DNA of 64,000 nucleotides from Isurus oxyrinchus (GCA_026770705.1 JANJGN010000007.1:109678001-109742000), one strand, 5' to 3'; shown: positions 52,905 through 64,000, counted from the stretch's first letter. The notes: generated from the sequence alone by a model not told the origin. Translations and numbers: made by a program.

Positions 52905-55605
52905 TGAAAGGCAATCAAGACAGTTTGCTAGAAAAGCATAGTAATAAACCAGCTCCAGAACAAGCTATTTTAGATCTAGTATTGTGTAATATGACAGAGT
53001 TAATCAGTAACTTTATAGTAAAGGGTCCTCTAGCAAAGTGATCTTGCTGAAAACAGAGAAATGTTGCCAAAACTTTTCATCTTGTACTCATCAGAACAAA
53101 TGCAAGAATGCCAAATTTCAAACGATCACAGCAAAGTATACTACAGGAGAAAAGGGATGCTGATCAGCTGGCAAGTTGACTCTGACTAGTCATGGCTTTT
53201 AAAGAAGATTATGAAAAATATTGGTTTTCCATTTTTCCAATGTGCGTATCAGTGTGAGAGAGCAGAGGGACAGCACTAAAAGGGTAGGTTAGATCTTAGA
53301 ATATTAGAATTCCATATTGAGTTTGAAAGTAATGGGATCACACCCAATGGGCTTGCAGGTCTTTAAACAAAGCCAATTGTGCAGGTACGAGTGGCTAGTT
53401 AGCTAAAGTAGAGTGGACATCAGTTTAAAAGATATGATACTAGATTAGCAATGGTAATCATTTAAAGAAATATTCCATTGTTTTCAACAAATATGAATTC
53501 GCTTGAGAAACAAAATCTCCACTAGAAAAGGGGTTGAAAAGTAACTAGAGAAGTTAAGAATAGTATTAGATTAAAAGAAAAGCCTTACGGTGTTGCCAGG
53601 TTTGCGGAGATAAACAGAGATTGATGGAGAGAGAAAGTAAAATATGAGAGTAAACAAGTAACAAATATGATTTAAGCACATGAAAAAGAAGAGATTAGCA
53701 AAAACAAACATGGCTCCCTTACAGACAGTGATAGGAGACATTATAATTAAGAAGAAAAAAATTAGCAGACACATCAATTTGTATATGCCTTCTCAGTAGA
53801 AGACACAAGAGCATACCAGAAATAATGGGGAATGGTGGGACTGATGAGTGTGAGGAATTTGAAAGCCTCCACCCTTTGTAAATTAGCCAGAAGCATGGGG
53901 TGTCTATAGTTCCCTGATGCTTTCTTCATGGCAATGCCATGACTAGTCAGAATCAACTTGCCAGCCAATCAGCACCCCTTTTCTCCTGTAGTATACTTTG
54001 CTGTGATCGTTTGAAATTTGGCATTCTTGCATTTGTTCTGATGAGTACAAGATGAAAAGTCTTGGCAACATTTCTCTGTTTTCAGCAATATTCAATCTCT
54101 GTACTATGAAGAATCTGTAATTAATATTAGTGAAGAGAAAGTCTTGGAAAATCTATGGGATTAAATGCTGACAGATCCTATGGAGCTGTTGGCCCACAAA
54201 CTAGACTTTTAAAATAGGTGACTGCAGAGATAGTGGATGTATTAGTTTTGATCTTCAAGAATTCCCTAGAACATTCCCTGTGGATTAAAAACTAGTAAAT
54301 GTAATCCCACTGTTCCAGAAATGAGAAGGAAAGAAAATAGGGAATTATAGACATGTTAGCCTGACATCAAATCCATTATTAGGGACATTGTAACAGGGTA
54401 CTTAGAAAATCATTATATTATTTGGCAGAATCAGCATGGTTTTATGAAAGGGAAATCATTTAGCTAAATCTATTGAAGTATTTTTGAGGATGTAACTGAA
54501 AGGGTAAACGAGGGAGAACCAGTATATATAGTATATTTGGATTTTTAGAAGTCATTCAATCAGTTGCCACGCAAGAGGTTGTGATACAAAATTAGGGGAT
54601 GGGTTTGGAAATAATATATTAACAGGGATTTAGGACTGGCTGATGAACAGAAAAGTGACAAGGATTAACTGGGTCATTTTCAGATTAGCAGGGTGCAATT
54701 TATGGAGTGCAACAAGGGCGATTGCTTGAGCCTCAGCCATTTGCAATCTATTTCCACTACTCAGGAGAACCAAATATAACATATGCAAGTTTGTTTGGGA
54801 CAGAAAGCTAGATGGATTGATAAATTGTAAGGACAATGCAAAGAGGCTACAAAGGGATATAGATCAGTTACATGATTGTGCAAGAAGATTGCAGATGGAG
54901 CACAATAAATTATTCACTTTTGTAGGAAGAAGTAAAAAGCAGAATACTTTTTTGAAAGGCGATAAAACTAGTAAGTATTAGAATTCAAAGGAATTTTGTG
55001 TTTTTGTACATGAATCACTGAAAATTAAGGTCTGGGTACAGCAAGCAATTAGAAAGGAAAGTTTTATGTTGAAATTTATTGCAAGGGAATTCCAAATGTA
55101 AGCTGCTTTGCTGCAATTGTGGTGAGCTTTGCTGAGAGCACATCTGGAGTAATCTGTACAGTTTTGGTCTCCTAACCTAAGGCAAGATATACTTGTCGTC
55201 GAGGAGGTGCAATAAAAGTTCAATAGATTGATTCCTGGAATGAGAGGTCTGTCCTTTGATGAGAGATTGAGTACACTGAGCCTATATTCTCTGAAGTTTA
55301 GAAGAATCACAGGTGACCTCATTGAAACTAATAAGATTATGTTGTTTTGACCAGTTTGATGCTGAGAGGTTGTATTTGCTTACGTGAGAATCAGATCTTG
55401 GAATATTAACTAAGGGTAAAAGACTAGTCCTTTAGTACTGGGAAGAGGAGAAAATTCTTTGCTCAAAGAGTTGTGAATCTTGAGAATTTTCTATCCCAGA
55501 GTGCTGTAGATCCTCGCTCATTGAGTATATTCAAGGCTAAGATTGATAGATTTTTAAACACTAAGGGAATCAAAGAACATGGGGTAAGGTAGGAAAGTGG
55601 AACTG
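52905..55605 (+). mobile_element. Old CR1 ORF2 with two Penelope-terminal insertions
   Basis: EQAILDLVLCN, QHGFMKGKS, YLDF remnants, collinear across the inserts at 53044-53294 and about 53865-54115. Confidence 0.85.
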
Positions 55606-55740
55606 AGCTGAAGAAGGGTCATACAGACTCGAAACGTTAACTCTGTTTCTCTCTCCACAGATGCTGCCAGATCTGTTGAGTTTTTCCAGCATTTTCTGTT
55701 TTTCTTTCAAATTTCTAGCATGCGCAGCATTTTGCTTTCA
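55606..55740 (+). mobile_element. Penelope terminal fragment with canonical hammerhead core
   Basis: CTGAAGA-A-GGGTC ataca GACTC-GAAACGTT AACTC, then ctccacagatgctgccaga... Confidence 0.78.
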
Positions 55741-57165
55741 TCCAGTGTTCTTATATTGACCAAGAGTAAAATCGTTTAAGGAAGCTGTCGTTCCTTGTAG
55801 ACAGTACGGACAAATGTTATAAAGTGTTAAGACGAGCCGTCATGCACTAGACTTAAAATGTTCAGGTGTTACAAAATAGCTAAAGAATTACATCTAAGTG
55901 ATGAAAGTCAACTTCAGCTAGGGGCAAATGAGGTGGCTGCTGAACGTCTGTCCACTTTACATCCTATCCGCTTTAGCAGCTGGTGCGTGATAAGTGGTTA
56001 ATCTACTATCACCCGTTTTGCGCCAACACCGAAGTTGAATTTCAAGCCAGATTTGGTGGAGCACAGGGATCTCAGAGGGTTGTCGGGCTGGAGGAGCTTG
56101 CAACGATAGGGCAAAATAACGGCCGGAGAGATGAAATTTTTAACTCCAGGGATAACCAGGACAACTAAAAATATCAACACCAGGCAATAAATCACTTTCT
56201 CAACCCGAATACTAAATCCCTGCATAACACGTCTCAACTAAGATGCAAAACTCAAGCAAAGAAACGCCCTCCAAAAAGCCTCACGACGACTTATAAGTCT
56301 TGCATAGCACATGTTAGAGGCGAAGTAAAGCACCCTCAAACGTCACCAACATTCCAATCGTAATAGAACATTCGTTATGAGCAACGTTTCTAACTCCCCC
56401 CGCAGAATCAGCCCTGCAACATTTCTGAATGAAACTGGCAAACACTGCTTTCACAAGGCAAAGGAACATTTCATTCTGCAAGTACGGACTACCCAATTAC
56501 GAACAATACCTGGACAGCTGTCTACCTCATTGCGTTCCGCTTAGTGTTCCTTCGGATAACAGTTTGGTATTCAATTTCAAATTGATAGTTTCAGTTAATC
56601 TGATTCCTGTGGCTCAACTGAGACCAGATCTGAATAACAACTTCACCAGTGTTAAAGTCTGAATTGAAAACTATCGTTGTCATTTAGAAGTAGTATTAAT
56701 CAATGGTGAGACAAGTGGAACAACAAGGAGACCAGAACAGCAACACGGAACCAATGGAATTTTGTCTGGACTGTCACTAGCCATCAACTAACGTGGGAGC
56801 ATAGGAATTTCTAGACAAAAAAATGACCAAGATCCATTTAGTCTCTCTTTTAGTATCCTAGGTTTAAACAGAGTTCGCGCATTGGTTTAAGATTAAGAGT
56901 TAGCTTGATAGAGTTTATGTTAGTTTGTTAGGGTTCGCGGTTGCTGTTAGGAGTTGGGCTAGTGGTTGGAGTTAAAGGTTTTGGGGTTAGAAACCGCTAT
57001 TTACATGGCAGTTATAAAGATATAGACAGGCTAATTCAAGGCACATCGCTACGGAATGTCACCAGCCTCTGACACATTTTTTCCCTGGCCTTGTGTAAAC
57101 TAACTCAATCCGAACTGCCTGAAGTACTTAGCTTACTTGCGTTCATTCCACTTCTACCATCCGAC

Positions 57166-57205
57166 ATGCTTCCATGTATATTGATCCTGGGGATTGCACC
57201 CACAG
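57166..57205 (+). CDS. IgSF receptor: leader exon
   Basis: ccgacATG; MLPCILILGIAPT + 1 nt, donor CAG|GTACT; phase-1 split leader typical of Ig/TCR/IgSF genes. Confidence 0.8.
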
Positions 57206-57379
57206 GTACTTTAATAGTTACTAGGTAATGATAAGAACAATACCTGTATAGTGATGTTATTTGATAAGTTTATTCATCTCCATTTATGGTTCTTATAATT
57301 TATCAATCTTTTTAACCCCGTTTCTACCTTTATTTATATGTATAATGAGATGTTTATTTTTATGTTTATATTCTGATAG

Positions 57380-57694
57380 TTGTTGCGGATTCCAAAATCG
57401 TCCAAATCCCGCCACTCACAGTTGCACTCAAAGAGACAAACATTACTCTCTACTGCACATTCCCACTCTTTCAAGAGGAGTCAGAGGTAACGGTTCACTG
57501 GTGGCGACATGGTGGAAACGGGTTCTTGGGCCACGGAGAAGCGACCAAGGAACAGTATAAGCTTTTGAGAAAAGGGGGAGCCGTCCTCCATCTTCTGAAT
57601 GTGAGCTTCAAAGATTCTGGCCGCTATTACTGCTCCGTGTACTGTGGGGGAAGAATGTTTGGGAATGGAACCGGCTCAGACCTCCTTGTGTCCG
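57380..57694 (+). CDS. IgSF receptor: germline-joined VJ-type domain exon (NKp30/NCR3-like)
   Basis: 315 nt, phase 1-1, open: VVADSKIVQIPPLTVALKETNITLYCTFPLFQEESEVTVHWWRHGGNGFLGHGEATKEQYKLLRKGGAVLHLLNVSFKDSGRYYCSVYCGGRMFGNGTGSDLLVS; B-strand Cys, C-strand Trp, DSGxYYC, diglycine G-strand; donor G|GTGAGT. Confidence 0.92.
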
Positions 57695-59113
57695 GTGAGT
57701 CCCCGTTCCAATCGGTACAGGTGTTGGTTGTGCAATGAGTATTTGCTAAAATAGCAAAGAGGTAGAGAAGGGTGCGGCATACGGGTTTGGGGTTTGTATC
57801 CAGTGCCAGCATCAAGACACTTTGGGGGTGACATCGTCGATTTACGGGGAAGCGTTTCTGTCTGTATTCTGCGCAATTCTGTTTCCCTGACGAGTACAAG
57901 AAAGACACCTTCCTCCTTCAGTGACAATGGGTAGAACATGACTTTGCGGCGCTGTCCAGAACAGTTGACAGCAAGTTGGTGATTCCAACTTCAATCGGAA
58001 TAAAAGTCGGGGCAGATGTAAAAGGAGCTGCCCGCTGACTCTAGTCCTGTTTCCATTACCACAAAAAGTCAATGTGTGCTATATACGGCCTGGTATCGGT
58101 ATGGAAGATTCCCTCTCGTTGTTGTTGGTCAAACATTTGCTCAGAAAGTTCCTACACGTTTACTGGAAACATCAAACATAACGAATTTCTGTTGTGGAGA
58201 AAGTAGGACTGGTCACTCCAATTTTGTTCAAAATTGACATGCAATTTTGTTCTCGAGGTATTAAGTCTTCTTTTGGAGCAACTTTATGATTTCATTAGAA
58301 GCAAAACCACAAAGGACCTTTATAAACACACTTACAATGCCTCTGCACATAGCGACCACAGAAACCCTTCATTGCGGTTCCTCGCAACACGACACGGGTG
58401 ATTTTCCCATTCATCTCCTAGAACCCCGGCTTCCTTGGATTCCTGCGGCTCTTTCGGCGGAATTAAGGCGAACCAGGGAGAAATTAAGCAAGCCTCTGAC
58501 GGGAATACCTAAAGAGGTGAAATATCCTTTCAGAAATAGTGATGCAAGCAGAATCTATGATTTTTTTTAGAAGGGGAACTGGATGAGTATGTCAATGTGA
58601 CTAGCTGGATTGTTCTGTCAGAGAGGGGACCAGAACACTAAGCCAAATGGATTCCTGCTGCATTGTAAAGCTTTATGACTCTTTAACCATAAAACCATGA
58701 TTCGGTAACCTGGAAGCGCAGATTTAAGCTAATTAACAAAAGAGTACCAGGGGAGAGGAGGAGAAATAGTTTTGCACGGCAGGTCCTATGATGTGCAAGT
58801 CACAACCTGGTAGCAAGCCGAATAAATAGTAATTTTCAAGAGGGTGTTGGGTATATACTTAAAATGGAAAGTTTTGGCAGGGCTATGGATAGCCTCCTGA
58901 CCTCTGTGACGCTCCCATATATATCACTCCTTTCTCCATTAAGGGCTCCATGTAATTTCTAGCTTCATATTTACTACTATTTGAAAATGTAGGAATTAAA
59001 AACGTTCCAATGAAGCACAATATTAAACCTACCCGTCCTAAATTCGTGTTATGAACAGAAATACAGTAATCATTAATATTTCAATCAATAAATAATGTTC
59101 TTTTTCTCCTAAG

Positions 59114-59415
59114 TTCGGCCAACGCCTCTGACGATCGGCTTGCTTGAGTCTAAATTCCGTCCGTCCACTGCCCTGACTCTTCGGTGTGACACGGCTAAGT
59201 TTTACCCCGAAGATCTCAATTTGACTGGGTATCGGAACAAGGCGAAAATTGTAACTGGGATCAATACTACGAAACAGCGAACCGGCGTGGGAATGTATGA
59301 GGTATATTCAGCACGTTAAATCATACGGGGCCATCCCGCAGCGCAGCTGTATACAGCTGTCAAGTGTCTCATCTTTCCCTTCAGACTCCCGCCAAAATCA
59401 ATTACAGCTTTGATG
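59114..59415 (+). pseudogene. IgSF receptor: C1-set domain exon, frameshifted
   Basis: ctcctaag|VRPTPLTIG...LTLRCDTAKFYPEDLNLT(G)YRNK...GMYEV, frameshift near 59302-59310 (TAA at 59317-59319), then STLNHTGPSRSAAVYSCQVSHLSLQTPAKINYSFD; C..FYP and YxCxVxH are C1-set signatures; the 3' donor position is uncertain. Confidence 0.85.
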
Positions 59416-59705
59416 GTACCGCTGATTCATTCTTTTCAGAAAGGTTCGCTCAGAAAACGTTTATCATTTTACCTAAGACACGACCACGTGTAAGCATTTG
59501 ATGCCTCTGCATTCGTTTATTGCATTGAGGATTCATTATTTAGGCTGTGAATTATTTCATTTGTTGGCATTTTATTTTGAATATTTTAAAACATATATTA
59601 AATTCCCTTTACAGGATTTCATGATCCTGTCTATCTCTGGGTTTTCTTGCTCGTCGAATTGATATTAATGCATGTTGACCATTTACCGCCGTTACTCTTT
59701 TGCAG

Positions 59706-59805
59706 GCGCTAACGACGTTAATCCATTGTTGGTGTCTCGACATTTAGTGGGTATATTAATAATAATGGTCCTTATGATCATCGTTGGGAATTCATTTAAG
59801 CTGAG
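59706..59805 (+). CDS. IgSF receptor: stalk/transmembrane exon with Arg
   Basis: ctcttttgcag|(G)ANDVNPLLVSRHLVGILIIMVLMIIVGNSFKL(R); phase-1 start; donor AG|GTACT, or read-through to TAG at 59878. Confidence 0.75.
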
Positions 59806-60109
59806 GTACTGTCAAATGAAAGACGCACCATTATTACAAGAGCGCATCAGCGCTTTACAAACCGCATATTTGCTGTAGGTCAGCGTTCACCTATAGGAGG
59901 CGAAAATGAATAGTCTTTGAAGTTGGATATGAGGACTACAATTTGCACATTGAAAGTAATAGGATGTTATCGTGGAGCAATAGTGGGCATAGGGCTCCCT
60001 CGACTATATCTTCAGGCCAGCAAAGCCTCACAAAGGACAGCGATCCTCTCCTTGGTTAGCAACGTTGTAAAGATATTTGGATTGTTTCTATGCTCCAGGG
60101 AAATAGAGG

Positions 60110-60395
60110 ACACGGTTTTAAAGGAAGAAGTATGCCGTTTAAGACGGGGATAAGGAGGAATTTCTTCTCTCAGAGGGTCGCTGGTCTTTATAATTCTGTT
60201 CCACAGAGGCCAGTGGAGGCTGGGTCGTTGAATATATTCAAGCCTGAGCGATACAGGTTTTGACGGGGTGGTGGGGTGGGGGCAGAAAGTGGAGTTAAGG
60301 CCACAATCAAATCACCATGACCTTACTAGATGGCGGAGCAAGCTCGATGGACCAAATGGCCTATTCCTATTTCTATTTCTTATAACCTTATGTTT
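60110..60395 (+). mobile_element. CR1 3' UTR fragment in the IgSF gene intron
   Basis: aggaggaatttcttctctcagagggtcg...aatggcctattcct...cttatgtt. Confidence 0.75.
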
Positions 60396-60539
60396 TTACA
60401 AGTGGTTTAAAATAAAGCATTTAAGATTTCACCAGATATAGCAAACAGAGGAATATATGGGGTACCAGTTACTAAACGACCGCAAAAATCTAATCGCTGG
60501 TTATGAGGCCAATTATTTCTTTCAAAACCATTTCAAAAA

Positions 60540-60990
60540 GAAAAAATAAATCTATATACCGCCTTTAATGGCCATTTAAAATCTCAAAGCATTTTAAAGC
60601 CAATGAAGTACTTTTGAATTGTAGTCACTGTTGTAATGAAGGGAACAAAGCAGCCAACTTGCCCATAGCGAATTGCCACAAACAACAATCTGATAATGAC
60701 CAAGTGATCTGTTTTCCTGATTTTTGATTGAATGATAAATATTGGCCAGGACACCAGAGCTGAATCGTCTGCTCTTCTTCTAAATCGTGCTATGGCTTCT
60801 TTTACTTGCACTTGAAAGGACAGACAGTGCCTCGGCTAAATATCTCATATCTAAAGACAGCACCTCTGACAGGGCAGCACTCCCTCGGTAGTGCACTTTG
60901 TGTCAGCCTTGATTTTTGTGCTCAAGGCCTGGAATGGGAGTTGCACCCACAACCCTCTAAACCAGGGGTAATAGAACTACCAAACGAGCC
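60540..60990 (-). mobile_element. DeuSINE-like SINE
   Basis: Reverse complement matches 8698-9030 and adds a tRNA-like head. Confidence 0.72.
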
Positions 60991-61171
60991 AAGGCGGACA
61001 CTCATTGTTAGAAAGGAGGAAGTTTTTTTTATCTGATGCTTGTTTGGGGTGATTGTAAATCCATTTTTGTTAAATAGCGTTTGTGATTTGGCTGGAGTCA
61101 GCGCAGGTAGCTTCCTTTTCATAATGCATTACTCATGATATATTGTGTTCACCTGTTTTGTTTTTCCTTAG

Positions 61172-61193
61172 GTTTTTTCTGCAAATTGAGTAA
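61172..61193 (+). CDS. IgSF receptor: candidate short cytoplasmic terminal exon
   Basis: Strong pyrimidine tract tgttttgtttttccttag| then (R)FFLQIE* in phase with the 59805 donor. Confidence 0.45.
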
Positions 61194-64000
61194 CTCAGAA
61201 AGCTTTCAAGAAACACATTCTACTTTAAGGCCGGCGTGCCGAAAACATGTGTACCCCAAGGAGAATAGAATCAATCTCCCAGATGCCTGTTTATTGATAA
61301 ACTCAGAGTAGAATACATTGTTTCCAATAGTTGGGTTGGAGTCTGATTTAACCATGTTTATGGATAAAATGAAGTTCGCTGATCACCCTGCTATTGTTAC
61401 AGTCTGGAGATAACCTGAGAAACTCGTTAAAGTTTGAAACAAATGTATATTTATGGTTAAAAATAGCAATAGCTAATAGTTGTGTTGTCAAAGGCTATAT
61501 TTAGGGAGTGGGAAGATCTCATATTCCATATTGGACTATACTGAAAGGGCTGATTTCTGCAAGTGGGGCAGTATGATCCCATTATGTTGTTTTTGTCCAG
61601 GGAGGGTGAAATCAGCCAGGTCAGACACTCAATGCCTGTACGGTTAGTCACTCCCTTGGAAAGACTTCATGAGTGAAGCTCAGGATGTGATGCTCCCTCC
61701 ACCTGAGACAAAAATCCTGCTCACACTTAGAGATTAAAATTAGCTTTGCACAATATCAAGTTTCAGGCCAAATTGAATCGTGGCCCGTTTTCACTCGGTC
61801 TGATTTGCTTTGTTCGTTGAAGAAAATGGAAAAGCAAGTCAGGCAGAATTCAAAAACAATTCGCTATTGCCAGTACTGCATTGTTGCCCGGGATAAACAT
61901 AGACCTCTTACCAATTAGGTTTACCCTTGAAAATTCGTCAGTTGAGTGAGATAACAGAAAGTGTACTACCAACATAGAAGGGAAGTTTATCAGCACGTAT
62001 GGAAGAGGACGGGTAAAATTGGTGGGGTTGGCAGTTTGTAATAATCATTCAAAGTAATCAGTAAATCAATCCAATGCCAGTATTGAATGTTGTGCTTTTT
62101 TAGCAGGTCCTGCAGGAAACAACTGTCTGGAACACGACAAACTGTGAGGAAGATTTCACTGTCTCCAAGAAAATTGTGAAACAGGTATTCTGTGCAGGGT
62201 ATGACGACTCTCAAGCCCCAATATGTGATAGGGGTAGATTTTGACTTGGTGAGATAGCGGAGAATGGGGGATAGAGAATTGGCAGTGCCTTTTACATCTC
62301 TCACAAGTTTTATTGCAGTGAGAATAGGAACAAAATTCATTAGGAATAAGAGGAATGTAAAACGGACTGCTACCTCACTGTCTTCCAGCTTACACTGTCT
62401 CCAAAATCCAAGATCTGGCCCCATGCTCCCTATAGTATTACATACCCAAATACAATAATTATACTGTCAGCGCCCACTGGCTCCAGCACAACCATTACAA
62501 TTTTGATTTCATCCATACACGGTAATTTGTTTTTTTGCTAAGTTTTGTAGCCAAACTTCTGATTAAACCCACAGAAATAGATACTTAATAATGATAGGAT
62601 CCAACTAAAATGTCCATCGTAATTGAATTGATTTTTAATAAAGCAATGCGGGATAGATCTTGTAAAACGATGACAGCTTCTTTGCAAACTATATCTCTCC
62701 TCATTGAAGTCAATCTGGTGTACGATAGATCCGATGTGCAATAACACGGGCAGCTGCCTTGTTGTCAGTCGTTTTACAATGTAGCACAAAATCAATATCG
62801 GCCTCATTTTCTCCTGAAAGGAAAACAGTAACATGAGTTTACTATGAATAGCGTTGGCCTGTTTAACAAAAATGAACTTCTAATGATATAATTGGAGACA
62901 CCAGAAAATTGGAGCCCAGTTCTGTTTAAATTACCACCTGTAGTGTACAATATATTGACAGTATTATTTTCATCATGAAGACTAGATCGTCAATTTGCCA
63001 CCTAGGGGTAAAACCGATATTGCGAATCAGCCGTTGGTAATAGAAACCGTTTGGGCAGCATGTGGAAAATCTAACCCGCGTCGCGTACTGCCAGCTTTTT
63101 AATGGAATGGGTGATTTCTGTTTGTACCATCACAGAATCTATTTAATAAAGGATTTTCGTGCAACCTATCTAAGCAAAGTGATTATTTCAATTACGCCTT
63201 TTGTATCAGTGGTAAGATTATAGGAAATAAAAATGTTTTTCTTCAAAATCCAGCGGTGTACAGGCTCCATTTCCCCCTTGGACGCTGTTGTGAGCTGGGT
63301 GATATTGAATTAGCCGCGCCGGATTTTCATCTCCAGTGAAGTAAATGAAAATTGGGACACCCATTTGAATATCGCGCATCTTACACCATGTCCAAAGTTA
63401 AAACTACCCCAGGCATTCTTTAATTTGATTTTTTATTAATATTCCTTAGGCCACTAGTTTCATTAATAGGAAGACTAATAGATTCTCCGGGCACTCTCCT
63501 CTCAGGGTCTGAACTCTTTGATGACTTTATCAGATGATAGTTTTTTTTTAGAAATTTAATAAATTGGTCTTCACTGGGGGACATGTTTAGTGACTTCCCA
63601 TGTTACCTGGTCTGTCGCTCACATGAAAGGTCCGAATAAAGGAGCGCTGAATTTGCTCTACTGGTCCTCCTCATCTGAGCAGTTGTAGCAGTTCCCGAAG
63701 ATATATGTCAAATACGTGGATGTGGAGCAGAAACCACGTCCCCTCACGCGTACACTCAACTTCCCATTCCAGATCGCAATCTCTACACTGAGGGCACTGG
63801 CAGAGAGTCATTTTGCGCTCCAAGCTGTGCACAACGCACCACTCACATCAAATTGAATGCAGCAAATTTCCACCAACTATATGACGAAGTTGCCCAAAAT
63901 ACTTTCATAATTCAATAATCAAAAGTTACTTGACCATTAAAATACACTTTGATATGAAGTCCAATACATTTGCAGGCATGCTTGATGAATGAAATTGATG

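Noticed and set aside
57380-57694. Rearranging TCR, Ig or IgNAR V segment
   Set aside because: The G strand is already joined and followed directly by a splice donor, I saw no heptamer-spacer-nonamer nearby, and the TM lacks TCR/Ig-type motifs
61990-62424. 144-aa minus-strand ORF
   Set aside because: No recognisable domain or convincing exon structure; compatible with chance

Overview
Eukaryotic, repeat-rich vertebrate DNA. The repeat families point to a shark or other elasmobranch (inference). Two genes are supported. (1) A complete 13-exon OGFOD1 (uS12/RPS23 prolyl-3-hydroxylase) on the minus strand, ATG 43830 to TGA 7403. All introns are GT-AG, the phases close, the CDS is 1644 nt (547 aa), and the HxD...H...R catalytic residues are intact. 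(2) An Ig-superfamily receptor gene on the plus strand (57166 to about 61193), only partly shown by the ORF track. It has a leader, a germline-joined compact NKp30-like VJ domain, a C1-set domain, a transmembrane segment with Arg, and a short tail, so it has antigen-receptor-like architecture without rearrangement. Its C1 exon carries a frameshift and a core Trp->Gly change, but skipping that exon restores the frame and gives an NKp30-type V-TM receptor. The rest is mobile DNA: many CR1 LINEs, an RTE LINE, PIF/Harbinger remnants including a two-gene element, DeuSINE-like and tRNA-derived SINEs, and Penelope-like elements with target-site duplications, inverted ends and minimal hammerhead-ribozyme motifs. 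No prokaryotic system or CRISPR array is present. TE boundaries are approximate and family names come from recognised motifs, not database searches.
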